Source: a virus. Taken from it: a stretch of DNA of 64,000 nt. The translations under genes were made by a program, and so were the position numbers. The stretch lies in IMG/VR virus record IMGVR_UViG_3300045988_057942; one strand, 5' to 3'. Positions 29,913 to 40,725 of this stretch are shown piece after piece. Numbering within the stretch: position 1 is the stretch's first letter; each line of letters begins with the position of its first letter. The notes beneath the pieces were generated by a model that worked only from the letters and a program-made list of their open reading frames with translations, made no database searches and was not told the origin of the DNA.

Positions 29913-32159
29913 ATGCCTAGAAAAAATAAAACTATTCATATAAGTGACATGCCTAGTGAATTTAAAGGTACAGTTACTAAAGATGGCAGATTTATTAAAA
30001 GTGGTATTCCTCCACTTGGTGGAGTTTATGATAAAGTAGCTAAAACTACCGGATTAATAAGACTTGGTAATGAATTTCTTTATAATGGTATTAATAATTT
30101 AATACCTAGAAATGATAGAGAACAATTAATGGATAATACTGCCGGTAGACTTGTTGATTATGTTAAGAATTTTAATAAAGAATCTTTTCCTAATGATGAA
30201 GACCTTGGACCAACTTTTCCATTTAATATTATTCAAACTCCTAGAACTAATGGAAGAAATATCCCACAAAAACAATATGCTACTGGTGGAAAAGTTCCTA
30301 ATGTAGTTGATGGTGGTATTGCTCATCCTCTTGGTAATAATTTCTTTTATATGAATGGAAGAAAACATAGTCAAGGTGGTATTGATATTGGTCCTAGTGA
30401 TAAAACTGGTATTGAAGTAGAAGATGGTGAAATTGTAGAAACTAATGGTGATGAACTTAAAGTTTATTCTGCTCAACCAATTATTAACGGAGTTAGTCCT
30501 GCTAAATTAGTTATGGGTGGAGCTAATCCTAATAAAGTATTTAAAGCTCAAGAAGATTTTAAAGATAGAAATAAAATTAATGATGATGGTACTATAAAAG
30601 CTATGGGTGGTTTAAGCAGAGATAAAGATTATGGTTCTAAAAAGAAACCTTATCCTAGTGTAGCTAAAAAAGATTTTGCTGGAGGACATAGAAGTTATCC
30701 TATTCCTACTAAAGCTGATGCTATTGATGCTTTAAGATTAGCTGGATTACATGGAAGAAGTGATGTTAAAGCTAAAGTCTATAATAAATATCCTGAACTT
30801 AGAAAGAAAGGTAGTAATGGATTGATTGTTAGTATTAGTGGTAATGTTAAGAATGGATTACTTCATTCTCCATCCTCTACGGGGGGTCGGCACGACAAAC
30901 TTAGGGATGGTGGAAAACGTATTAATCGTCATGGTAGAACTTGGGAATATGATGAAGATAACGGATATTATATTCCAATAACTGATAGAACTATTACTAG
31001 AACAAGTTCATATCCTATTGATAAATCTGCTAGAGGTGAAACTGTTTCTGGTTCTGAATATACATTTAGAAATGGAAGATGGCATAAAAATAAATCTAAT
31101 ACTTCTAATGATAATCCTACTAAAAATTCTGAAGTAGATAATGGAAATCGTCGTCCTCAATATTATGCAGAACGCGAACTTCCCTTATTTGATGATGGAC
31201 CTGCTATTACTAGCGGTCTTGTTAGAGCTGGTTGGAGTCATAGTAATAATAAAAATATAACTGTTGATAATACTAATATTCCAAATTTGCCTGCTACTAA
31301 ATCTAAAGGGAATACCCCCCGTAGAGGAAGGAATAAGTCAAGTCAATCAGTTCAATCTAGTTCTACTAAAACTCCTCCTACTGCTACTTATAATCGTAAT
31401 CTTCCTACTATAGAAGCTAGTATTCCTACTACTTTACCTGTTTCTACTAGTACTCCTGCTAAACAATCTAGTCAATCTGATGGTAAAGGTCAAGGTAAAT
31501 TTAAAAACATTACTACTGCTGATTGGATAGGTCTTGGTAGTAATATTGCTGGAGGATTAGGTAGTTATTTTGCAAGTAAACGAGCTATTAATAAAATGAG
31601 AGGTCCTGGCAGACCTACTCTTATTAGTGCTAATAAACTTAAAACTAAATATAATATTAATCCTCAACTTGATAGAATTAGAGAAGATAAATTTGAAGCT
31701 TATCGTGATATTGATTCTAATACTGCTAGTAGTCGTGTAGGTTTAGCTCGTAAACAAAGAGTTCGTAATGCTGCTGGTCAAGCTGTTAATCAACTTTATG
31801 GTGAAAAAGAAAATATTGAAACTAATCTTATTAATCAAGATAGACGTAATCAACAAAGTGTACGTCAATTTAATGCTCAACAATACAATCAATATATAGA
31901 TAGAAAAACAGCATTTGATAATGGTATTAGAGAAGCTAAACTTACTAATGTAAATAATTTATTTACTGGAATTAATGCTGGTATTCAAGATATGATTAGT
32001 AGATATGAAAATCGTAAAGCTTTAAATAATACTATTGGTGCTATGAGAGCATCTGCTCCTAATGTTGATGATAGAATAATGAGAGATGCTGGAGTTGATT
32101 ATGATGAATTTATTATTCGTAAACGTAGAAAACTTGGAGGAAAACAATCATGCCGATAA
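29913..32159 (+). CDS. Basic (K/R/N-rich) virion protein, 748 aa. Carries two GC-rich repeat copies in-frame.
   Basis: ORF. Repeat-derived peptides 'SPSSTGGRHD' and 'NTPRRGRNK'. Confidence 0.8.
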   Translation: MPRKNKTIHISDMPSEFKGTVTKDGRFIKSGIPPLGGVYDKVAKTTGLIRLGNEFLYNGINNLIPRNDREQLMDNTAGRLVDYVKNFNKESFPNDEDLGPTFPFNIIQTPRTNGRNIPQKQYATGGKVPNVVDGGIAHPLGNNFFYMNGRKHSQGGIDIGPSDKTGIEVEDGEIVETNGDELKVYSAQPIINGVSPAKLVMGGANPNKVFKAQEDFKDRNKINDDGTIKAMGGLSRDKDYGSKKKPYPSVAKKDFAGGHRSYPIPTKADAIDALRLAGLHGRSDVKAKVYNKYPELRKKGSNGLIVSISGNVKNGLLHSPSSTGGRHDKLRDGGKRINRHGRTWEYDEDNGYYIPITDRTITRTSSYPIDKSARGETVSGSEYTFRNGRWHKNKSNTSNDNPTKNSEVDNGNRRPQYYAERELPLFDDGPAITSGLVRAGWSHSNNKNITVDNTNIPNLPATKSKGNTPRRGRNKSSQSVQSSSTKTPPTATYNRNLPTIEASIPTTLPVSTSTPAKQSSQSDGKGQGKFKNITTADWIGLGSNIAGGLGSYFASKRAINKMRGPGRPTLISANKLKTKYNINPQLDRIREDKFEAYRDIDSNTASSRVGLARKQRVRNAAGQAVNQLYGEKENIETNLINQDRRNQQSVRQFNAQQYNQYIDRKTAFDNGIREAKLTNVNNLFTGINAGIQDMISRYENRKALNNTIGAMRASAPNVDDRIMRDAGVDYDEFIIRKRRKLGGKQSCR
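30870..30888 (+). repeat. GC-rich repeat copy (ccatcctctacggggggtc), in-frame in 29913-32159.
   Basis: Core match. Confidence 0.9.
31314..31331 (-). repeat. Degenerate reverse copy (accccccgtagaggaagg), in-frame (TPRRGR).
   Basis: 16 of 18 core match. Confidence 0.6.
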
Positions 32160-34720
32160 ACTTTTATACTCCTACTTTTAGACAACAAGTTAATCCTATT
32201 GACTTAAATGTTTTAGCTAAAACTTATAATACTCTTGAACAAGGACATCAACAAGCTATTCAAACTAAATCTCAAATTGATGCTCAACTTGCTCAATTAG
32301 ATTTAAATGAAGCTGAAGATGCTTGGCGTCAAGAACAACTTAATAAAATTCGAAATGCTCTTACAGAGAATATGCAATATGGAAATGCTTATTCTAGTCT
32401 TGATGATATAGTTGGTACTTATGGAGATATAACTTCTAGTCCTGGAATGATTGGTCGTTTACGTGCTCAACAAGATTATAAGACTTATATGAATAATCTT
32501 GATAAACGTAATGATTTATCCGAAGATTATAAAAATTATTATCGTGCTGTTAATAAATATAACTATCAAGATATAACTGATAAGAATGGTAATGTTGTTG
32601 GTGGAACTAAATGGACTCCTACAGATAGAGAAGTTTCTGAAGTTCCTATGAATCAAATACTCAATCAAGCATTACAATGGGCTGCTAAAGAACAAGGTGG
32701 TAGTAGTCAAACTAGATGGCTTGATGCTAGTGGTAAAGTTACTGATGATATTACTAAATCAGTTACAGGAGAAATTTATTCTCATAGTAAAGGTCAATGG
32801 CAAAGATTAAGTAAAGCTAAACTTGCTGAAGCTGTTAAAGCTGTTATAGAAAATACTCCTGGTGCTAAAGCTAGTCTTGACCAAGATTATAAGATTGCTA
32901 AATGGAAGTATGACCAAAATGGAAGTAATCCTGATATAACAGATAAAAATGGTATTCTTCTTACTCCTGAACAATATCTTGCTAAACGTATTGACCCTTT
33001 CTATAATGCTGCTACTTTTTATAATCAAACTAGTGATACTACATATGGTGCTGCATGGAAAGCTCAATTAGCATTAGCTCAGAAAACTGCTGCTAATAAT
33101 ACTCAAAGAAAACAAGCTATTGATAATTTAACTTATAAAGGTACTCCTGTTCGTATTGATAATTTTATGCCTGCACAAGCTCAAGCTGAAATTACTACTA
33201 ATAGACAATCAATAGCTGGACTTCTTACTAAATATAATCCTGATATTAATATTGATTTAAGTACTGCTGATACAGATGTTATTAGAAATAGTATTATGAG
33301 TAATATTAGCAATCCTACTGATAGAGCATATGCGCTTAGTTATCTTAATGATATTATTGATAATCAAGAATATATTAATAATCTTAAAGTTGGTAAATCC
33401 GAAGATAATATTTATGGATTTGATACTTATAATGCTATTATTAGTTTAAGTGATTTACCTTCTAATAAATATTCTAAGACATATAGTAAATATGTTAATC
33501 AGATATTTGGAGATAGTTCTGCTATTAGACAATACTTTAATAATGACGATGTATATAATTCATTTATTAGTGCTTTAGGTGGAGAGAAAAAAGCGGCTAG
33601 TCTTGGTATAAGATTTGGTTCTGATGGTAATGGTTATAGATATGCTGAATTACCTAAAGATTATCATAAATCTATTTATAGTTTTGGTAAAGCTGTTAAA
33701 GAAGCTGAAGATACTAGAAATCCTTTAAATGCTTTTCTTAATTCTGCTAAGACTAGATTTTTTGGTTACGGTGATAAATTTGTTCGAGTTGACTCTAATG
33801 GTGAAGAACATCATGCTGGATTGCCAACAGGTAATAAAGAACCTTATATTGGTTTAGTTAATTATGTTGATTCTCTTAAATCTAAAAATGATGCTGTTCT
33901 TGATGGTGGCAAAATAACTTCTTCTACTATTGGTATTAGCGCTTTAACTCCTGAATTAGCTGAAATTAATTTTATGATGAATGCTAATCCTGAGAAAGCT
34001 AGTCAACTTTCTGCTTATAAGAAGAATAAAGAAGAACAAGCTATGATGGCTATTCGTAGTGGCATTGATTTAACTCAAGGTGAAGCTTATATTACTAGTG
34101 AAAATGGAATATTTGAGCCTATGACTTCTGAGGATAGAAAAGCTTATACAGCTTATCTTAGAAGCGCTAAAGAAAATGAGATTACTCCTACTATTGTTCG
34201 TGACCCAAAAACTGGGGATGTTGGAGTTCAAATTAATATTGCAGGTTACTATGATACAGAAGGTAAACTTAAAAGAGAACCTATTACTTTACTTGTAGGT
34301 AGTGGTGCTATTGATAGTTCTATTATTCAATCTTGGAATCAAGATACTAGTTGGAGAGCTGCCGGTAAAGTAGAAAATTATTATAATGCTAATAGACCTA
34401 TTTCTCTTACTAATAATGCTGCATTTACTGGAATTGATAAATTTAAATTAGTACCTAATGGTGGAGGTTTTAATTTAATTAATTCTACTAATAATCAAAC
34501 TATTGGTTTAGTAAGTAAAGAAAATGCTGTTGATATTGTAGATAATTTATCTCAATGGGAACAAACTGTAACTGCTGTTAAAGCTGGTATGGCAGTAGAT
34601 GAAAATGCTGTTAAAGCTATTCAACAAAATGTTGCTACTAAACTTGCTCAACTTAGTGGTAGTTCAGACCCTTATGTTATTCAATATTACTACGATGAAT
34701 TAACTAATAATCTATATTAA
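32150..34720 (+). CDS. Virion protein, 856 aa.
   Basis: ORF overlapping the upstream gene by 10 nt. Confidence 0.8.
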   Translation: MPINFYTPTFRQQVNPIDLNVLAKTYNTLEQGHQQAIQTKSQIDAQLAQLDLNEAEDAWRQEQLNKIRNALTENMQYGNAYSSLDDIVGTYGDITSSPGMIGRLRAQQDYKTYMNNLDKRNDLSEDYKNYYRAVNKYNYQDITDKNGNVVGGTKWTPTDREVSEVPMNQILNQALQWAAKEQGGSSQTRWLDASGKVTDDITKSVTGEIYSHSKGQWQRLSKAKLAEAVKAVIENTPGAKASLDQDYKIAKWKYDQNGSNPDITDKNGILLTPEQYLAKRIDPFYNAATFYNQTSDTTYGAAWKAQLALAQKTAANNTQRKQAIDNLTYKGTPVRIDNFMPAQAQAEITTNRQSIAGLLTKYNPDINIDLSTADTDVIRNSIMSNISNPTDRAYALSYLNDIIDNQEYINNLKVGKSEDNIYGFDTYNAIISLSDLPSNKYSKTYSKYVNQIFGDSSAIRQYFNNDDVYNSFISALGGEKKAASLGIRFGSDGNGYRYAELPKDYHKSIYSFGKAVKEAEDTRNPLNAFLNSAKTRFFGYGDKFVRVDSNGEEHHAGLPTGNKEPYIGLVNYVDSLKSKNDAVLDGGKITSSTIGISALTPELAEINFMMNANPEKASQLSAYKKNKEEQAMMAIRSGIDLTQGEAYITSENGIFEPMTSEDRKAYTAYLRSAKENEITPTIVRDPKTGDVGVQINIAGYYDTEGKLKREPITLLVGSGAIDSSIIQSWNQDTSWRAAGKVENYYNANRPISLTNNAAFTGIDKFKLVPNGGGFNLINSTNNQTIGLVSKENAVDIVDNLSQWEQTVTAVKAGMAVDENAVKAIQQNVATKLAQLSGSSDPYVIQYYYDELTNNLY

Positions 34721-34721
34721 T

Positions 34722-37700
34722 ATGGATGTATTAAAGTTTCTACAAGGTGGTAATCAAACACCTAATCCTAAATATAATCCTAAAACTAAAAAGGGGGCTA
34801 TACAGCCTCCTACTTTAGTTGATTACAACCCTGGCACTTCTATTAGTGACCGGGGTCGTGGTCGTTTATTTGGTCGTATTGCTGAACAATCATATAATCT
34901 TAATCAATATAATATAGATAAATATGCTCCTTATGATGTTTATGTTAATCCTGTTGATGACCATGAAAAACTTGATAAAGAACGTGCTGTTAATCAAAGT
35001 AATTGGGAACAAGGATTAAGAATGATTGGACAGATTGGTAATGAGATTACTGTTGGTACAGCTATTGGTTTTGCTGATTTAGCTGATGCTTTCTATAATA
35101 TGGTTAGTAATAGTCCTAATGATTATCAATCTGAAATAAGTTCTGAACTTGAATCTTTAAAAGAATCTATTAATGAACGTTTAGCTATATATAGAGAAAA
35201 TCCTAATGCTGCTTTTGATATTGGAGATTTTGCTTGGTGGGCTAGCAATGCTCCTAGTATAGCTAGTTCGTTAACTCTTATGGTTCCTAGTACAGGTCTT
35301 GCTAAAGGTGTTTCTTTATTAGGTAAAAGTATAAAGTTTAATAAATTAGCTAATAAAATGGCTAATGCTATTAATATGACTCAAAAGAGTAGAGCCATTA
35401 CTGGTAGAATAGCAGAAGCTACTGCTATTGGAGTTCCTTCTCGTTATCTTGAAAATTATCAAGAAGCTAGACAAACTTATAATGATATTGAAGATTATTC
35501 TAAAACTCAACTTGCTAATATGAATGATAAACAAAGGGAAGAGTTTTATAATAATAATCCTAAATATAGAGATATGTCTGATGAAGAAGTAGCTAAAGAT
35601 ATTGCTAAAAATAGTGCTGATGTTACTTTTGCTGAAGATTGGGCTAATGTTCTTTTTGATGTATGGCAAGTTTATAGTTTAAAGAACTTATGGAAAAATG
35701 CTTTAAGTGGTAATACAACTAGTTCTAGACTTAGAAATTTAAATACTGCATTTAATAGTAATATTGATGATGCCGCTGCAATTACTAATGCTTTAAGTAA
35801 TAAAACTACTAAACAAGCAATTACTAGTACATTAAAAGATATAGGTGATGATATACTTCATGGAGTAAGAGCGGAATGGACAGAAGGTGTTGAAGAAGCT
35901 ATTAACTATATAGCTAGTCAAGATGGTATGTATAATGGTAAAAAAGTATTTGATAAAGATATTCCTCAACAAACTATTAAAGATTATCTTCAAGACCCTA
36001 TGTTATGGGAACAAGCATTTTGGGGTGCTCTTGGTGGTATCACTTTTAGTAGTGTTATGAATAAAGCTGGAGAATTTATTAATAAACGTCTTGATAAAGA
36101 TTGGACTTCTGCTGAAAAACAAAGAGAAAATGAAATTCTTGGTCGTACTGCTACTTTTCAAGCATATCAAGAAAGACTTAATAGTATAGCTAATGGTAAA
36201 AATCCATTTATAACTATTACTGATGAAAATGGTCAACAGGTTAATCCAGATATTATTACTGGTACTGAAGAAGAACTTCGTAATATAGCTGAAAAAGAAT
36301 ATATGGATAATATTATTATTAATTCTATGAACGCTGGTAATTTAGGACTTCTTGAAAGTTCTATTAATAGTAAAGAATTTAATGATAGTATTACTAATAA
36401 ACTTGGATTACAACAACAAGATAGTATTGAACTTATTAATAGATTTAAAACTGAAATTAATAATATTAAAAATGAATATAATACTACTTTAAATAAAGTT
36501 AATAGACTTGGTGGTGGATTTGAAGTTGGTCGTATTATAGCTACTCAAATGGTTCATGCTCGTAATCGTCAAGAAAATTATAATAATCTTCTTAATTGGG
36601 CTAATAATGTTTTAAATCAAGATATTACAAATAATCATATTGAAGATGTTGATATTACTTCTGCTAAAAATGGTATATATCAACATATTCTTGATAGTAT
36701 TCAAAGAGATATTAAAACTATTCAAGATAATGCTGCAATTAATGATTCAGTTAAACAAGAACGTATTGCTCAATTAAATGAACGTCTAGATGCTATTAAT
36801 AAACTTTATACTCCTATTGATATTGAAAATAAAAATGATATTCAATCAGCTATTCAACTTCAAAAACAATATAATGAAGTATTTAAAGATTTAGCAGAAG
36901 TTGTTAATGCTGAAATTAATGTTGAAGTTAATAAAAATCAACTTAATTTATCTGATGATAATATTAAATCTCGTATAACTTATCTTAATAACTTCTTTGA
37001 TAATAGTCGTAAAAAGATTGTTAATAAAGCTATGGACGATTTACGTAATGCTTATAAACAATATGGTAAAGAATATGTTAATTCTGTTATTAAAGATGCT
37101 AATAATGGTAATAAACCCAATATAGATAAAGTTATTAGAGATGCTTATGCTGCACTTGATTTAAGTTCTAAAGGTAATGAACATCTTAAAAATACAATAG
37201 AACAATTAGCTGAAATTGCAAAGATTGAAAATGATGTTAATAATACTCCTAAAGAGGAAGAAGTTGCTCCTGTTAATCCTGATGTTAATGAAGTTAATGA
37301 AACTGATGTAGATGATACTAACTCATCTCCATCCTCCACGGGGAGTATAGCGGAGCGAAGCGAAGCGGTTCTTAGTGAGCCTACTAATACTGAACAACTT
37401 CAATCTCAAACTGAACAACCAATTTCTCAAGAACCTATTAGTACTCCTAAGCCTGAAGTTAATAATACTCTTCCAGATGATGATTTTGAACGTGGTCAAA
37501 TAGGTACTGATTTAGTTTATGAAAGTATTGCTGATTTAGAAGATTCTTTAGGACATGAATCTACTAGTAGTGATTTACTTAATGCTAGACAATCTTTTAT
37601 TGATAAACTTAGTCAAGCTGGATTTGAACAAACAGAAGCTGCTGATATAGTTAATAATATTATTGATGGTCTTACAGGAGGTAGTTTATATAGTTCTGTT

Positions 37701-40595
37701 CAAGATGATAGCACTAGACGTTTATTACTTAATGCTACTTATGCTACTGTTACAGGTAATGAACGCAATATAGAAGCTATTATGGATGATTTTGCTAATA
37801 GTGTTGATAGTGAAGGTAATACTAGAGGTAAAATTGTTAATGGTAAAGTCTATCTTAGTATTGGTCAATTAGTTGAATATATAGATGGTATTACAGGAAA
37901 TAAAATTATTAAAAATTATTTGTTTAATCAAATAAAAAACTATCTTTACGCAAGCACTAATAATCAAGGTAAATATCGTGCTACTGATGAATCAACTATT
38001 AAGAAACTTAATGCTAAACAATTTGTTCAATATGTAGATGGTATTACTAAAGAACGTCTTGAAAGACTTCAAGTTGAACATACTAATAATGTTAATCTTA
38101 AGTATATAGTAGAGAATGAAAATGTTAAAGCATTTACTAGTATTAAGCAAGGTGATTATTTAGAAGCTGTATATAATATTAAACTTAAACGTATTGATAT
38201 TTTTGCTAAAGATACAATTATTGGTTATATAGGAGTTCCAAATATTGATAAGTTTGGTAATTATGATATGGTTAACCAAGGTTGGAAATATAATATTCAT
38301 GCTGAAAATGGTCAAGTTATTTCTCCACTTAAAGACGCTTTAATTAGTATTCTTGATGGTGATAGATTTGATGAAGAATTTATTGGTCATTTATATGAAC
38401 TTGCTGTTAAAGAAGAAGTTACACAAGAAGAACTTGTTAATCTATTTAAAGAATTTGAAACTAAATATCCTGATATAGTTAGAGATTTTACTACTCCTGT
38501 TGCAAGTTTTGATTTAGCTGGACATCTTGTTAATCTTACTAAATATATATTTAATCAACCTTATGAAAACAGTCATGAAGCTAGTATTAATCGTTGGTTT
38601 AATAATCTTCTTAATAGTTATGACCAAGCTATTACAATAGTTAAAGGTGACTTTAAAGGTAAAGTTAAAGCTGTTAATGTTAAATATGGAGTTCTTAATA
38701 CTATTGATGATGCTAATGGCGAATGGAATGATGTACAAGAAACAGTAGTTAATTATAGCGAAGATGTTAATAAACTTGGTGTAGTTGTACAAGGTCAAGT
38801 ATATCTTAATGGAGAAAGCAAACCTACTATTATTGAAAATCTTACTACTAATGGTATGCCTGTTATTAGTATTCCAAGTAGTGACGGTACTTCTTTATAT
38901 GCTTTTTGTAAACAAGTTCCATTAAATAGTAATCTACTTAAAGGTGATGCTCGACGTATTACTAATTCTATTAAGAATGAAGTTAATAATCTTTGTAGAG
39001 ATTATATTAGTGGTAAAATAAGTTTTGGTGAACTTAAACAAAGTCTTGGAGATATATTTGGAAATAATAAACTTATTAACGGAGATAGAAATACTGGACT
39101 TCAAATTAGTATTAATCCTACTAATATAGGTTTTTATGTTAAAGGTGCACATTTTAATGGTAAGGATTATGCTTTTACTATTAATTCTGATGCTGGTAAT
39201 TATAAACGTAATATTATTATTAATTCTCCTTATGTTGTTAATAGTGCTTTTAAAATAGGTAAAAGTTATGGAATTAATGCTAGTACTATTGATGAATTAG
39301 ATAATGCTCTTCGTCCTGTTATTGATGAAATGTTTAACTATGCTCAATTTGCTATTAGTAAAGATTTTATTAATGATAGTACAAAAACTAATAATAAAAC
39401 TAATAAATATATTTATCGCGAAAATGGTAAAACTATTATAAATATTGATGGTGAAACTTATTCTTATAATAGTTATCAAGATTTTATTATTAGTAATGGT
39501 TTAATTAGAACTAAGTTAGCTAATACCAATACAGATGATACTGCTGGCAATTGGAAAGTTGATATACATTCCCATCTTGATATTGCTTATGAGTTAGAGG
39601 GTAGACCCCCCGTGGAGGATGGAGTTATACCTGAACAGCTATCTGAGTTTATGCTAGATGATACAGTTAATGCTATCAATATTAATTCTTTTGAATCTGC
39701 TTTAACTGCTAATAATCTTACTAGAGGTCTTAAAAAATACTTTGCTAATGACCAAACTGCTATTGATTATATCGATGCTCTTCAAAAACTTAATATATTA
39801 CCAAAAAATGTTCAAGTAGTTGATAGTCTTATAGATAACAATGGCAATCAAGTTAATGCTGTTTATCATCGTAGTACTGATACTATTGAACTTAATAGTT
39901 CTTCTATTGCTGGTCAAAGAGTTTATAGAGTTGTTAATATTATAGTTCATGAAAGTTTACATAGACAACTTTATACTAAGTATAATACCGAACAAGCAAT
40001 CGCTTTAGTTAAACCTATTTATGATAAGTTTAAGACTTGGCTTGATACTCAAGATGATTCTACTAAAGAAAGACTTAAGCCATATCTATTTGAAAGTTTT
40101 GATACTGCCGAAGCTTTAGAAGAATTCCTTGTTGAAAGTATTACTAGTAATGCTCTTATGACTGCTCTTAATGAAATAAAAGATGACAATAGAAAAACTA
40201 GTAAACGTAAGACTCTGTTTAGTAGACTTCTTGAAGTTATTGCTGATATGCTTGGTATCAAGATTAATGAAAATAGTTTATTAGCTTCTGCTAGAGATGC
40301 TTATAAAGCTATTAAAAAGATGTCTATTGAAACTAATCAAGAAGCTACTCAAGGTACTTTTAAATTTGAAGAACCTGTTATCAATACTGAACAAACTGAA
40401 AATCCTAACGAAGATATAAGTCAAGAATATAATTATAATAATGATAATCTTAATGATGGACTTGATATGTTTAGTAGTATTGATGATGATATAGTGCTGA
40501 ATATGGCTGAATTGACTAGCCGTTTGCCAATAGCACAACAGTCCGAATTTGCCACTTTGCTTGACACAGGACGCATCAGTTTTAGCTGTATGTAG
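34722..40595 (+). CDS. Giant virion (cargo-type) protein, 1957 aa, with an HExxH zincin-like motif ('IIVHESLHRQLY', ~aa 1745) and an acidic Pro/Glu-rich low-complexity region.
   Basis: Long ORF. HESLH motif. Repeat-derived peptides 'SPSSTGSIAERSEAVLS' and 'RPPVEDGV'. Confidence 0.85.
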   Translation: MDVLKFLQGGNQTPNPKYNPKTKKGAIQPPTLVDYNPGTSISDRGRGRLFGRIAEQSYNLNQYNIDKYAPYDVYVNPVDDHEKLDKERAVNQSNWEQGLRMIGQIGNEITVGTAIGFADLADAFYNMVSNSPNDYQSEISSELESLKESINERLAIYRENPNAAFDIGDFAWWASNAPSIASSLTLMVPSTGLAKGVSLLGKSIKFNKLANKMANAINMTQKSRAITGRIAEATAIGVPSRYLENYQEARQTYNDIEDYSKTQLANMNDKQREEFYNNNPKYRDMSDEEVAKDIAKNSADVTFAEDWANVLFDVWQVYSLKNLWKNALSGNTTSSRLRNLNTAFNSNIDDAAAITNALSNKTTKQAITSTLKDIGDDILHGVRAEWTEGVEEAINYIASQDGMYNGKKVFDKDIPQQTIKDYLQDPMLWEQAFWGALGGITFSSVMNKAGEFINKRLDKDWTSAEKQRENEILGRTATFQAYQERLNSIANGKNPFITITDENGQQVNPDIITGTEEELRNIAEKEYMDNIIINSMNAGNLGLLESSINSKEFNDSITNKLGLQQQDSIELINRFKTEINNIKNEYNTTLNKVNRLGGGFEVGRIIATQMVHARNRQENYNNLLNWANNVLNQDITNNHIEDVDITSAKNGIYQHILDSIQRDIKTIQDNAAINDSVKQERIAQLNERLDAINKLYTPIDIENKNDIQSAIQLQKQYNEVFKDLAEVVNAEINVEVNKNQLNLSDDNIKSRITYLNNFFDNSRKKIVNKAMDDLRNAYKQYGKEYVNSVIKDANNGNKPNIDKVIRDAYAALDLSSKGNEHLKNTIEQLAEIAKIENDVNNTPKEEEVAPVNPDVNEVNETDVDDTNSSPSSTGSIAERSEAVLSEPTNTEQLQSQTEQPISQEPISTPKPEVNNTLPDDDFERGQIGTDLVYESIADLEDSLGHESTSSDLLNARQSFIDKLSQAGFEQTEAADIVNNIIDGLTGGSLYSSVQDDSTRRLLLNATYATVTGNERNIEAIMDDFANSVDSEGNTRGKIVNGKVYLSIGQLVEYIDGITGNKIIKNYLFNQIKNYLYASTNNQGKYRATDESTIKKLNAKQFVQYVDGITKERLERLQVEHTNNVNLKYIVENENVKAFTSIKQGDYLEAVYNIKLKRIDIFAKDTIIGYIGVPNIDKFGNYDMVNQGWKYNIHAENGQVISPLKDALISILDGDRFDEEFIGHLYELAVKEEVTQEELVNLFKEFETKYPDIVRDFTTPVASFDLAGHLVNLTKYIFNQPYENSHEASINRWFNNLLNSYDQAITIVKGDFKGKVKAVNVKYGVLNTIDDANGEWNDVQETVVNYSEDVNKLGVVVQGQVYLNGESKPTIIENLTTNGMPVISIPSSDGTSLYAFCKQVPLNSNLLKGDARRITNSIKNEVNNLCRDYISGKISFGELKQSLGDIFGNNKLINGDRNTGLQISINPTNIGFYVKGAHFNGKDYAFTINSDAGNYKRNIIINSPYVVNSAFKIGKSYGINASTIDELDNALRPVIDEMFNYAQFAISKDFINDSTKTNNKTNKYIYRENGKTIINIDGETYSYNSYQDFIISNGLIRTKLANTNTDDTAGNWKVDIHSHLDIAYELEGRPPVEDGVIPEQLSEFMLDDTVNAININSFESALTANNLTRGLKKYFANDQTAIDYIDALQKLNILPKNVQVVDSLIDNNGNQVNAVYHRSTDTIELNSSSIAGQRVYRVVNIIVHESLHRQLYTKYNTEQAIALVKPIYDKFKTWLDTQDDSTKERLKPYLFESFDTAEALEEFLVESITSNALMTALNEIKDDNRKTSKRKTLFSRLLEVIADMLGIKINENSLLASARDAYKAIKKMSIETNQEATQGTFKFEEPVINTEQTENPNEDISQEYNYNNDNLNDGLDMFSSIDDDIVLNMAELTSRLPIAQQSEFATLLDTGRISFSCM
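37329..37371 (+). repeat. Extended GC-rich repeat copy (ccatcctccacggggagtat + agcgg agcga agcga agcgg ttc), in-frame in 34722-40595.
   Basis: Core plus (AGCGR)4 pentamer tail. Confidence 0.9.
39604..39622 (-). repeat. GC-rich repeat copy, reverse (gaccccccgtggaggatgg), in-frame (RPPVEDG).
   Basis: Core reverse complement. Confidence 0.9.
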
Positions 40596-40641
40596 AATTA
40601 ATCGAGCAAATATAAAAGTTGCTTAAAACGAAAGAAAACAG

Positions 40642-40688
40642 CCTCTATGACGATGTAATTAAATTTTACTTTACATTAGTCATAGAGG
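40642..40688 (+). other. 10-bp perfect hairpin (cctctatgac / gtcatagagg) with a 27-nt loop, between the two giant genes. Possible transcript-processing or attenuator site.
   Basis: Seen directly. Not followed by a clean T-run. Confidence 0.4.
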
Positions 40689-40725
40689 TATTACTATTAA
40701 TGAATTTAAACTTAAATATAAACTT

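Noticed and set aside
34851-34867. 'gaccggggtcgtggtcg' as another repeat copy
   Set aside because: It shares only the CGGGG(T)CG fragment, lacks CCATCCTC, and encodes an RGRGR stretch. Treated as a chance GC-rich patch.
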